Assembly (NCBI GenBank): GCA_048941265.1
Contig: JBHLNT010000085.1
Location: 1 to 16,778 of the forward strand
DNA from: Promethearchaeota archaeon
Lineage (GTDB): Archaea; Asgardarchaeota; Lokiarchaeia; Sigyniarchaeales; SOKP01
Direction: 5' to 3'
DNA length: 16,778 nt
The notes under the pieces are model-generated. The model saw nothing but the letters and a program-made list of their open reading frames with translations. It ran no database searches and had not been told where the DNA came from. Below are positions 7,638 to 16,778 of this stretch, piece after piece (the first letter of the stretch is position 1; each line of letters starts with the position of its first letter). A program made the position numbers and the translations under genes.

Positions 7638-7733
7638 TCTTTTAGACAAAAAAATCTATTACTGTTCTATTATAAACTTTTTATAAAATTTAATCTTAAG
7701 ATTTTTTATGGCATTTATAGATTTAAAAAAGCT
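7532..7733 (+). repeat. Right copy of the ~200-bp diverged direct repeat
   Basis: Partner of 2963-3165. The stop-to-start spacer is 70 nt in both copies and shares ACAAAAAAATCTAT and TTATAAA. Confidence 0.9.
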
Positions 7734-8910
7734 TTTGGAAAAAGAGAATCTCTTATTTTTAGTTCTTATAATCTGGCTATTAATAGGTTATACCTTTCTT
7801 CAATTTAATATTGAATTTCAAATCTTAGGTTTTATTTTTAATGGAATTGTCATATATTTACCTTTATTAATTATATGTATTGTTTTATTCTTAATTGCTT
7901 TCTTTTTACAGGCAGATATTAAAAAATTAACTCGCAGCACCGTGCTAAAAGGAATAGTTTTATTGATTATAATAGGGATTATATTTTTATTTTTAGGAAC
8001 TGAAATATTATTTCTTATAGGAGTAATTACTTTTTTTGTTTCGTTTATCTTCTATATATTTATTACTTCAATCTTTGCGATGTATTACATATATCGTTAT
8101 GGTATTTCACTTGACGAGGCGTTCTATAAAGCTCCAAAGCCCATCGCTTTTATTTGGCGATGGATTATTTTTTTAGTGGGAACGGCTGCTGCAATTGCGC
8201 TAATCCTATTTATTGGAGCAGTATCAATAGGTACAACAAAATTGAATGCTCTTTTAAGAATCGGGGGTTATACTTTCAGAATTAATGAATTTGTTGCATT
8301 TATTCCTTTAATAATTATTGGAATCATAATTGGGTTAATAGTAATTTCATTTTTTGCTTTACTATTGCAAAAAAATCATCCGTTTAACGCATGGTTAGGA
8401 CTCTTCTTTATATTTTCCGCTCTGTACGGATCTGTCTTGATGGTAAATGCTTTTTTAGGTGGTGAAGTATCGAACGTAAGTCCAATCTTAGATAATCCAA
8501 TTACCTATGCCATACTTTTTATATTTGATGTATTCCTAATTTTATACACCATCAGTTGTCTGATTGGAAGCAAAGCAGAGATAATATTAGATCTGAAAAT
8601 ATTTAAACCCATCAAACCCGATGGGATCTTGATTTTTTTGATCTTATGCAAAGTTGCTTATGAATTCGGAGAATTTTATCTAGCCGATAATAAAATAGCG
8701 GGAGTTAATGCAGTATTATTAAAAAATATCGCGGTCTTTTTCTTATACCTACCTCTAATGGCAATAATGGGATTAGCCGGGATATTACAATACGGTAGAA
8801 TAAAGTGGGAAAGAAAAACCGAGAAGAGAGCTAAAAAAGCACGAAAAGAAAGGGATAAGGAAAGGAAGAAAAGAATCAAAAAGAGAGAAAAAGAAATAAG
8901 AAAAACGTAA
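7708..8910 (+). CDS. Polytopic membrane protein of unknown function (~10-11 hydrophobic segments, Lys/Arg/Glu-rich C-terminal tail)
   Basis: 400-aa ORF with repeated I/L/F/V-rich stretches and a tail KWERKTEKRAKKARKERDKERKKRIKKREKEIRKT. No family motif recognised. Confidence 0.85.
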   Translation: MAFIDLKKLLEKENLLFLVLIIWLLIGYTFLQFNIEFQILGFIFNGIVIYLPLLIICIVLFLIAFFLQADIKKLTRSTVLKGIVLLIIIGIIFLFLGTEILFLIGVITFFVSFIFYIFITSIFAMYYIYRYGISLDEAFYKAPKPIAFIWRWIIFLVGTAAAIALILFIGAVSIGTTKLNALLRIGGYTFRINEFVAFIPLIIIGIIIGLIVISFFALLLQKNHPFNAWLGLFFIFSALYGSVLMVNAFLGGEVSNVSPILDNPITYAILFIFDVFLILYTISCLIGSKAEIILDLKIFKPIKPDGILIFLILCKVAYEFGEFYLADNKIAGVNAVLLKNIAVFFLYLPLMAIMGLAGILQYGRIKWERKTEKRAKKARKERDKERKKRIKKREKEIRKT

Positions 8911-9060
8911 TAAGAAAAAATAATTATTAATCTTAAAATTATGATTACGATTAGATGATCGAATTTCACGGACTTTAACGCTATTTAAGGAACTATTCTA
9001 AAACCATAATGATAATAATATTTAATAATTTTATTTTGAATTTATAATTGAAGAAAAATC

Positions 9061-12000
9061 ATGAAACCAACGCTTAAATTGTGTTATATCCCCTCTGAAT
9101 ATTGGAATGAGCCACTAAGTGAATTTAAACTAATTGATAATGAAAAACTCCTTCCCAAAGATGGGCATTTTTTTTTAGTATGGACTTCTACAAACGGTTC
9201 TGAAGAAGAACTTGTTAAACAAATTAACTATGTTTTTCCAACTATTCCTGTTAATAAACTAAGAACATCTAAGATTAATCTTGCTTTTCCTTCAAATGAA
9301 AAGTTCTTTAAAATCAAATCCGTTTTAGGGAAAATTATCCCTATTCCCCCTACCATAAAATTATTATATCGATTAAATATCGTGGAAGATTTTGACAGAG
9401 GTTATAGCGATTCTGTTAAAACATATGCATTTTTAACAAAACTGATTTTTGAAATTCTTACTCGAGGTTCGTTCGTCCCTATTTTGAAACCATTCACTGA
9501 GCAGAAATTCCTAGGAAAATGGCGATTGCTGTTAAAAACTCAAGAAGATAATGATCGTTTTAATATAATTGTAAAAAAATCTTCTTGGATGGCGTATAAT
9601 TTGCCGATTAATTTTTTACTTGATAAAAAAAGTAATTCATACAAAAGTGATGGATTATGGCATCCATCGTATTTCTTTTCTAATTATTTAGATCGAATTG
9701 GGGATTTTCTCATTAGATTTACCTTAAATAAAAGTAATTTCCAAACTTTTCAACAGTTTTATAGTAATGAATTTAAAAAACAAACAGATCCTGACTATGA
9801 TCTACCTTGGGATTTTAAATTTCTTAAATCTTTAATAGATAAAGATCCTAGTTTTCCAATCACACGTTTTCATGAGACAATTTTGCCTAAAATTATAAAA
9901 AATTGGGTTCAAATTACCCAAGGATTATCTTATAAACAGGGAGTTTCTTTTGTACTCGAGCTAGACTATCCAGAAAAACCAGATCAGGCGTGGCCACTGA
10001 AATTTCTTCTTCATTTTCAAGAGATTGGTCTAGTATCCTTAAAAAACTTTTGGAGTGGAAAGTTCAAACAAAAGAAAGAAGTAATGCTATATTTAGGAAG
10101 TGGTGAGGAACTAATTGAAATACCTCTAAGGGCATTGAGTACTGCATCTAAATTATTTCCACCAATTAAACGAGCTTTAGAATCAAAAGCACCATATCAA
10201 ATAATGCTCTCTTCTTCAGAAGTTATAGAATTTTTAAAATATCCTAAAGATCTTTTAATACAAAGCGGTTTTAACATCATATTACCTGATGTGTTTACGA
10301 AAGGAGGAAGACAGCGCTTATCTGCTAGATTGATTATACGTTCTAAAGGAAAAACAAAGCTTAAAAGTGATACCGCTAAATTACCCTCTATATTTGATAT
10401 AAATACTATGTTAGAATATAAATGGGAAGCAGAACTTCAAGGTCAAACACTTACAGAGACTGAATTTAAAAATTTAATTAGAACTAATGAACCATTGATA
10501 AATTGGCATGGAGAATGGATATTGATTGACCAGCATGATATAAATGAATTACATAGCGTATTTGAAAAAAGTATGGATACCGGAACAAAAAATTACATGG
10601 AAGCATTAAAATTAGGATTAACAGGCAATATTCAACTTGAAGAAAATGGGACTAGTTACGAAGTTGTTGTAGAAGGGGATTTAAAGGAACTCATTGAGAG
10701 AATTAGAACAATTGAGCATTTTAAAACAATACCTTGTCCTAAATCATTTAACGGGATATTAAGACCCTATCAACTAAAAGCCCTTACTTGGATGGGGAAC
10801 ATGTGTATGTTTAATTTTGGTCTTTGTTTAGCCGACGACATGGGGCTAGGAAAAACAATTCAAGTTATTGCTTTTTTATTGCATCTTAAAGAAAATTATC
10901 CCGATGAGCCCGGTAGTATTTTAATTATATGTCCTACATCAGTTTTATTTAATTGGTCTCGTGAAATAAAAAAATTTGCGCCAGATTTAGAAATTTTAAT
11001 TCATCATGGACCCGATCGTTATAAGGATGCATCCAACATCCCCGAGTTTTTAGTACCCCATAGAATTTTTTTAACAACTTATGGGACTCTTAGAAATGAT
11101 ATTGAATTTTTAGAGACAATTAGTTTTAATGGAATTATTGTGGATGAGATTCAAAATATTAAGAACTATAATTCGAAACAGACAAAAGCAGTATATAAAT
11201 TGCAGGGGAATTATAAAATTGGTTTGAGTGGTACTCCAATAGAGAATCGATTAATGGAGTTATGGACTTTGTTTGAATTTTTAAATCCGGGTTTATTAGG
11301 AAATAGAACAGAATTCCAAGAAAATTTTATCATTCCTATTGAAAGATATCAAGATCAAGACTCTATTGAAAAACTCAGAAAACTGATTTTTCCTTTTCTA
11401 TTACGTCGATTAAAAACTGATAAATCTGTTATAAAAGATTTACCGGAAAAAAATGAAATGAAAATTTATGTGGAGCTTAGTGAAATCCAGGCAAAAATGT
11501 ATAGGGAAGTTATTGAAGAAACTCTAAAAGACTTAGAAAGTTTAATTTCAGATAAAATGAATGTTCTTACTTTATTAGTTAAATTAAAACAAATTTGCAA
11601 TCATCCATACCAATATCTTAAAAAAACAATTCCACCCTTTAATAATGGCATAAAAATAAAAGATTTTATAGATGAATCTTATAAATTGGAGAGACTTATT
11701 GAGATGGTTGATGAGGTAGTTACAAATAGAGAAAAAGCTTTGATTTTTACTCAATTCAAGCAGATGGGGGACATTATTTATGAGATTTTTAAAAAAAAGT
11801 ATGATTTTGACATTTTATATTTTCATGGAGGAGTTCCAGAAAAAAAAAGAAGTGAACTTGTGGATGATTTTCAATCGAGCAAGATTGATAGTGCTCCAGT
11901 TATGATTCTATCTTTGAAAGCTGGTGGAACAGGCTTAAATTTAACACAAGCTACTACAGTGTTTCATTATGATCGCTGGTGGAATCCAGCAGTTGAAGAT

Positions 12001-12210
12001 CAGGCGACAGATCGAGCATATCGTATTGGACAGAAATCTCCTGTTAATGTTTATAAATTTATAACAAAAGGAACAATAGAAGAAAAAATTGATACCTTAC
12101 TAGAAGAAAAAAGAGATCTAGCTGATAAAATCGTTTCATCCTCCGGAGAATCATGGATCTCAGACCTGGATATTGAAAAAATTAAAGATTTATTCACATT
12201 AGATTATTAA
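9061..12210 (+). CDS. SNF2-family helicase-like ATPase (YwqA/Rv2101/SSO1653-type, long N-terminal region)
   Basis: LRPYQ, LADDMGLGKT (Walker A), ICPTSVLFNW, VDEIQNIKN (Walker B), SGTPIEN, KLKQICNHP, SLKAGGTGLNLT, DRWWNPAVEDQATDRAYRIGQ. Confidence 0.96.
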   Translation: MKPTLKLCYIPSEYWNEPLSEFKLIDNEKLLPKDGHFFLVWTSTNGSEEELVKQINYVFPTIPVNKLRTSKINLAFPSNEKFFKIKSVLGKIIPIPPTIKLLYRLNIVEDFDRGYSDSVKTYAFLTKLIFEILTRGSFVPILKPFTEQKFLGKWRLLLKTQEDNDRFNIIVKKSSWMAYNLPINFLLDKKSNSYKSDGLWHPSYFFSNYLDRIGDFLIRFTLNKSNFQTFQQFYSNEFKKQTDPDYDLPWDFKFLKSLIDKDPSFPITRFHETILPKIIKNWVQITQGLSYKQGVSFVLELDYPEKPDQAWPLKFLLHFQEIGLVSLKNFWSGKFKQKKEVMLYLGSGEELIEIPLRALSTASKLFPPIKRALESKAPYQIMLSSSEVIEFLKYPKDLLIQSGFNIILPDVFTKGGRQRLSARLIIRSKGKTKLKSDTAKLPSIFDINTMLEYKWEAELQGQTLTETEFKNLIRTNEPLINWHGEWILIDQHDINELHSVFEKSMDTGTKNYMEALKLGLTGNIQLEENGTSYEVVVEGDLKELIERIRTIEHFKTIPCPKSFNGILRPYQLKALTWMGNMCMFNFGLCLADDMGLGKTIQVIAFLLHLKENYPDEPGSILIICPTSVLFNWSREIKKFAPDLEILIHHGPDRYKDASNIPEFLVPHRIFLTTYGTLRNDIEFLETISFNGIIVDEIQNIKNYNSKQTKAVYKLQGNYKIGLSGTPIENRLMELWTLFEFLNPGLLGNRTEFQENFIIPIERYQDQDSIEKLRKLIFPFLLRRLKTDKSVIKDLPEKNEMKIYVELSEIQAKMYREVIEETLKDLESLISDKMNVLTLLVKLKQICNHPYQYLKKTIPPFNNGIKIKDFIDESYKLERLIEMVDEVVTNREKALIFTQFKQMGDIIYEIFKKKYDFDILYFHGGVPEKKRSELVDDFQSSKIDSAPVMILSLKAGGTGLNLTQATTVFHYDRWWNPAVEDQATDRAYRIGQKSPVNVYKFITKGTIEEKIDTLLEEKRDLADKIVSSSGESWISDLDIEKIKDLFTLDY

Positions 12211-12224
12211 GGTGCTAAATAATT

Positions 12225-13166
12225 ATGGACAATGATAATTATAGACGGAGAATTAAAAAAAAGGGGCCTCAAAGAGTTCGTAAAAGTGAATACGACAAAA
12301 GACGTACTCATCAGGAAGTCCAACAAATAAAAAATGATTTAATTAATTTTGCTAAAACTTCATGGGGTAAACAATGGATAAGTTCAATATTAATGTTTGG
12401 AAGGCCATTTAGAATGCAGCGTGGAATTGAATATGCAAAAGATGATAAAAGAATTGAAAATCTACGAATTAATAAAGGACAAATTTTTTCAACAGTTCAA
12501 GGAACTGCTCCAACACCATATCGCGTGAAAATTAATTTTGAAATAATATCTGAGGATAAATGGAAAATAATAATAGATGAACTTGCTAATAAATCTTCAA
12601 ATTTAATTTCACTTTTGGAGGGAAAATTACCTGAAGATATTATTAACATCTTCAAAAAAAACGAATATTCGTTATTTCCCGATGTTTCAAGAGGATTAGA
12701 TGCAGAATGTTCTTGCCCTGACAAAGAAATTCCTTGTAAACACATTGCTTCTGTGATTTTATACATATCTAAAGTTCTTGACTATGACCCTTTTATTTTG
12801 TTAAAATTAAAAGGAAAATCTAAAAATGAAATCTTAAAAGAATTAAGTTTGTCACAGCATCTTGTTAATGATTCAATTTCAGAGCTATTATCATCTCCTA
12901 TTAAAAAAAATGAAAGAGTAGGGTTTTCATTTAATATTCCTAAAATTGAAGTTCAAGAAATATCTTCAAGTAATTTAACCTTAGGATCTTCATTTAATTT
13001 TAATGATTTAGGATTTAAATTTAGAAAACCAGGTAAATTAATTGAGACCTTAGAAAATTTAGGAATCCCTCCAAATATCCGAAATCCTCAATCATTTAAA
13101 ATAGTTTTATCTAGCATATATCAGACAATTATTTCAGAATTTTACAAAAAATCGTTAAAACTATAA
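12225..13166 (+). CDS. SWIM zinc-finger protein, partner of the SNF2 ATPase
   Basis: WGKQW, RMQRGIEYA, VQGT..PYRV and CSCPD-x4-CKH SWIM motif, DPFILLKLKG. Starts 14 nt after the SNF2 stop. Confidence 0.93.
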   Translation: MDNDNYRRRIKKKGPQRVRKSEYDKRRTHQEVQQIKNDLINFAKTSWGKQWISSILMFGRPFRMQRGIEYAKDDKRIENLRINKGQIFSTVQGTAPTPYRVKINFEIISEDKWKIIIDELANKSSNLISLLEGKLPEDIINIFKKNEYSLFPDVSRGLDAECSCPDKEIPCKHIASVILYISKVLDYDPFILLKLKGKSKNEILKELSLSQHLVNDSISELLSSPIKKNERVGFSFNIPKIEVQEISSSNLTLGSSFNFNDLGFKFRKPGKLIETLENLGIPPNIRNPQSFKIVLSSIYQTIISEFYKKSLKL

Positions 13167-13230
13167 TTTTTCAAAATAAAACATAAAAAATTAAAATCAT
13201 ATAATGATTATGAATTATATATATTATTAA

Positions 13231-13239
13231 AAAGGAGAA
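13231..13239 (+). promoter_or_regulatory. Shine-Dalgarno-like site for the GRE gene
   Basis: AAAGGAGAA ends 5 nt before the ATG at 13245. Confidence 0.6.
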
Positions 13240-13244
13240 GTCTC

Positions 13245-15653
13245 ATGCAGATACATTATTTAACACCCGAAGAACTTCGGAAAAAAGTGGTTAGCCGTGC
13301 CATCCGTAATATAAAACGGGGTTATACCGATGATGATTCCAAACGAGGCATGTTTCGACCAGAGATTCGTTTGGATTTGCAGAGATCAAGATTGATGACG
13401 GAATCATACAAGGAAACCGAAGGACAGCCGATGGTTCTACGACGCGCCAAAGCCCTGGCCAACATTCTGAACAATATGGACATCTTTATTCGCGATTATG
13501 AAAGGATTGTCGGTTATCAGACAGCAGATCCTAACGGAATTTTTCATCCTATCGAGCAGAACTGGAAATCACCACAACGGTTGGCCAACAGTGAAGCTGG
13601 TAAAACATTGCTTGACGACGAGGGTAGAAAGAAACTTGATGAACTTTGCGCATATTGGAAGGGCAGATCAATAAGCGATCGCCATAAGGCAATAATACCT
13701 GAGCATTTAAAAAAATATTGGACATATGAGGGAACATTTCTTTGGACTCAGCTCTCCGAGTTGGGAATTCCGAATTACGGAAAATTATTCAAGTTGGGAT
13801 TAAACGGATTAATTTTAGAAATCAAAGACAAAATAATCGAATTGGATCAAGAGATTCCAAGCAATTATGTAGAACAGAAAAATTTTCTACAAGCAGCAAT
13901 AATAACCCTGAAAGCAGTGATCAAATTTGCAAATCGTTATGCTACTTTAGCCAAATCATCCGCCTCCCATCAAGAAAATGCCCAACGCAAAAGAATTCTT
14001 GAAGAAGTTGCCCTGACCTGTCAATGGGTTCCAGCCAATCCACCTAGGACATTTATCGAAGCTATCCAGTTTTTCTACTTTATTCATTTGGTGCGTTATC
14101 TGGAATATTCTACACTAGGGATTGGTGTCCGAATCGATAAGATCTTTGGCCCTTATTATGAAAAAGATTTGAAAGAAGGCCGAATCACCAAAGATGAGAC
14201 GTTGGGAATTCTACAATTACTTTGGATCAAACTCAACGAACTCGGACTGGTATATTCCCCAACTGTAAGTTCCGTATATGGTGGTGTTGCGTCTCTACAG
14301 GCGGTGACCATCGGCGGAACGGATGAAACTGGTAAGGATATGACGAACGACCTAACCTATTTAACCATGGAAGCCGCTAAATCACTAAAAATAATCGAAC
14401 CGAGCATTGCATTGAGAATCCATGAGGGGACGCCTGACGAAGTCTATTCCAAGGCGGTTGATATTATAAAAACTGGTATTGGATATCCTTCCCTTTTTAA
14501 TGATGAAGCGCTGATTCCTCTTTTTGAACGCTGGGGCGTTCCAACGCAGGATGCCAAACAGTATGCTGTCTCTGGCTGTGTCTATATCGAGATTCCAGGA
14601 AAAAACATTATTCGTCGATCGGTGGGTTATTTTGTCTTACCGAAATGCCTATGGTGGGCGTTGCATCAGGGTGTGAACCCAAAAACTGGTGAACAGCACG
14701 GCGCTCGAACTCCCGATCCAGCAACCTTTAAAAGTTGGGAAGATGTTCTCGATGCCTATGTCAAACAGGTGAAATTCTTTATGGACAAAATAGAACATCT
14801 CGAAAGAATTAACAATGAACTTTTGGCAAAATACTGTCCCCGCCCATTTTACTCAGCAATTCTAGATGGCTGCATTGAACAGGGAAAGGAATGTCGTAAA
14901 TGGGTCTATAACTCTATGATCCATCATTTCGCACAGGTGATCGGTGGTACGAATGTGGCAGATGCCATCACAGCCATTAAAAAAGTCGTTTTTGAGGACA
15001 AAAAAGTTACACTTCCAGAGTTAATCAAAATCATGGATGATAACTGGAAAGGTCGTGAAGATATACGGCAAGCATGTCTCGACGCACCGAAGTTCGGTAA
15101 TGATGATGATTATGCAGACTTAATCGCCCGTGAAGTTCAGGCCCGAGGCGAAGTGGCCATAGAATCGGTAAAAGACCCATTCGGCCATTCGCATAGAGGC
15201 GATGGTAGCGCTGTATCTGCCACCTATGGATTGGCTATTGATACACCAGCTACTCCCGATGGTCGTTTAGACGGTGAGCCTTTTGCAGATTCAACTCTAG
15301 CACCTTCTCCTGGAAGGGATAAGAAAGGTCCCACTGCTGTTTTGAAATCTGTCTCCAAGATCAGTACCGTAGATACATTTAATCATCTACTCAATCAGAA
15401 ATTTCTTCCTAAGTTTCTACAAGATGATCTGAAGCCAGCATTTCTCAGCTATCTAAAAACATGGAAAGCGTTAAATATTCCTCACATCCAGTTCAATGTT
15501 GTAGATAAGGAAACGTTACTAAAGGCAAAAGCCCAACCAGAAAAATATAGTGACTTAATTGTGCGAGTCGCTGGATTCAGCGCTTATTTTGTCGATTTAT
15601 CGTCAGGTCTACAGGATCATATTATTGCTAGGACAGAACAGAGTTTGACATAA
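13245..15653 (+). CDS. Glycyl radical enzyme (PFL2/dehydratase/decarboxylase superfamily), substrate unknown
   Basis: C-terminal HIQFNVV..LIVRVAGFSAYF (radical Gly777), single-Cys loop SGCVYIE (Cys445), GIGYPSLFND, PKFGNDDDYAD, ATPDGR. No PFL Cys-Cys pair. Confidence 0.95.
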   Translation: MQIHYLTPEELRKKVVSRAIRNIKRGYTDDDSKRGMFRPEIRLDLQRSRLMTESYKETEGQPMVLRRAKALANILNNMDIFIRDYERIVGYQTADPNGIFHPIEQNWKSPQRLANSEAGKTLLDDEGRKKLDELCAYWKGRSISDRHKAIIPEHLKKYWTYEGTFLWTQLSELGIPNYGKLFKLGLNGLILEIKDKIIELDQEIPSNYVEQKNFLQAAIITLKAVIKFANRYATLAKSSASHQENAQRKRILEEVALTCQWVPANPPRTFIEAIQFFYFIHLVRYLEYSTLGIGVRIDKIFGPYYEKDLKEGRITKDETLGILQLLWIKLNELGLVYSPTVSSVYGGVASLQAVTIGGTDETGKDMTNDLTYLTMEAAKSLKIIEPSIALRIHEGTPDEVYSKAVDIIKTGIGYPSLFNDEALIPLFERWGVPTQDAKQYAVSGCVYIEIPGKNIIRRSVGYFVLPKCLWWALHQGVNPKTGEQHGARTPDPATFKSWEDVLDAYVKQVKFFMDKIEHLERINNELLAKYCPRPFYSAILDGCIEQGKECRKWVYNSMIHHFAQVIGGTNVADAITAIKKVVFEDKKVTLPELIKIMDDNWKGREDIRQACLDAPKFGNDDDYADLIAREVQARGEVAIESVKDPFGHSHRGDGSAVSATYGLAIDTPATPDGRLDGEPFADSTLAPSPGRDKKGPTAVLKSVSKISTVDTFNHLLNQKFLPKFLQDDLKPAFLSYLKTWKALNIPHIQFNVVDKETLLKAKAQPEKYSDLIVRVAGFSAYFVDLSSGLQDHIIARTEQSLT

Positions 15654-15820
15654 AAACCGAGAAAAAACCGCTAGATCTGTGTAATCTAGAAATGAATTTC
15701 GAAAAAAACAGGGTTTTTTCTCCTGAAATGACTATCTGGATCACCATTTATATTTTATAGAGGCATACGGAGATCAAACGTATGTCACCTTATATATAAA
15801 AACGGAGCCAAAATCTATCA

Positions 15821-16747
15821 ATGCATTATTCAGACGATGATAATGAAAAAAAAGGGCTGATTTTCGATATCCAGAGATTCAGTGTACACGATGGTCCGGG
15901 AATCAGAACAACTGTATTTATGAAAGGTTGTCCGTTAAAGTGTCTTTGGTGCTCAAATCCAGAATCACAAGATTTCTCCATCAATCTTATCGTTCGGGAT
16001 ATAAATTGCAAAGGTTGTGGTGCATGTGTCAAAATCTGTCCGCAAGGAGCGATCTCTATTACACAAATAGGCAGTAGAAAAATCGACTGGAAAAAATGCA
16101 ATTCATGTTTGCTCTGTGTCGACAGCTGTCTGTATCATTCTTTAAACCGAGTTGGACGATACGTAACGGTTCGAGAAGTTATTGATGAGATTCTTAAGGA
16201 TACACTATTTTATAAGAATTCTGGTGGCGGTGTTACCGTATCTGGAGGAGAACCATTGTCACAAAGTAGATTCGTAAGCGATTTACTGGCCGAATGTAAA
16301 AAAGAGAGATTGCACACAGCACTGGAAACAACAGGATATGGAAAATGGAGAGAAATGGAAAAAGTGTTGCATTTTGTCGATTTAGTCCTCTTTGACATCA
16401 AGCACTTGAATCCAGAAAAACACCAAAAAATGACTGGTTTAAAGAATAATCTGATTTTAGAGAATCTCAGGAAGGCAGCAAAAAACAACCAGATCTGGCT
16501 GCGTATTCCTCTTATTTCTGGATTCAATGATTCAGAATCACATATAAAAAAAATTGCTATACTGGGTAAAGAGATCGGTACGGAAAAAGTTTCCCTGTTG
16601 CCATATCATGAGGGAGGTAAAACAAAATCCGAACAACTAGGTAGACCTTATGGCTTCCCCGAAGGAAAAGCCCCCGATGAAAAACATATTTATCATTTGA
16701 AGAAGATTATCGAGGATATTGGATTGATCGTATCTGTAGGTAATTGA
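15821..16747 (+). CDS. Glycyl-radical enzyme activating enzyme (radical SAM) with 2x[4Fe-4S] ferredoxin-like insert
   Basis: IQRFSVHDGPGIRTTVFMKGCPLKCLWCSNPE (CxxxCxxC), CKGCGACVKICP and CNSCLLCVDSC, GGGVTVSGGEP, LLPYH. Confidence 0.96.
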   Translation: MHYSDDDNEKKGLIFDIQRFSVHDGPGIRTTVFMKGCPLKCLWCSNPESQDFSINLIVRDINCKGCGACVKICPQGAISITQIGSRKIDWKKCNSCLLCVDSCLYHSLNRVGRYVTVREVIDEILKDTLFYKNSGGGVTVSGGEPLSQSRFVSDLLAECKKERLHTALETTGYGKWREMEKVLHFVDLVLFDIKHLNPEKHQKMTGLKNNLILENLRKAAKNNQIWLRIPLISGFNDSESHIKKIAILGKEIGTEKVSLLPYHEGGKTKSEQLGRPYGFPEGKAPDEKHIYHLKKIIEDIGLIVSVGN

Positions 16748-16778
16748 TCACAGGTTGCATCAGAAAGAGGCGCACATA

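Noticed and set aside
15654-15820. Small GRE subunit gene or terminator between the GRE and its activase
   Set aside because: Only a ~22-codon Cys-free ORF and weak inverted repeats (CTAGAT/ATCTAG; GAAAAAAAC/GTTTTTTC) are present; neither is convincing.
443-16527. Short ORF-track entries (443-649, 2680-2892, 4450-5022, 5586-5777, 8676-8969, 12497-12766, 13549-13737, 13742-14002, 15826-16101, 16210-16527)
   Set aside because: All overlap well-supported genes on the opposite strand or in another frame and have no motifs. They are shadow ORFs.

Overview
AT-rich prokaryotic window. Gene content and low GC would fit an archaeon such as a Lokiarchaeia/Asgard lineage, but that is only an inference. 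All intact genes are on the + strand: an orphan N6-adenine DNA methyltransferase, hisB, a P3A-type H+ P-type ATPase, a polytopic membrane protein, a SNF2 helicase + SWIM zinc-finger pair, and a higher-GC glycyl radical enzyme (GRE) with its activating enzyme. Structure missed by the ORF track: (i) a decayed tsaA/trmO pseudogene at the left end; (ii) a ~200-bp diverged direct repeat (2963-3165 / 7532-7733) duplicating the hisB 3' end, the intergenic spacer and the start of the membrane-protein gene, bracketing a ~4.4-kb integrase-less insertion; (iii) inside that insertion, a 252/253-bp tandem array (3 units plus partial ends). Each unit carries a conserved ~98-nt stem-loop core, and the last partial unit runs directly into the ATPase start codon. 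(iv) The GRE has an atypical active-site loop (GCVY). The array/ATPase island and the GRE are the best candidates for undescribed biology.
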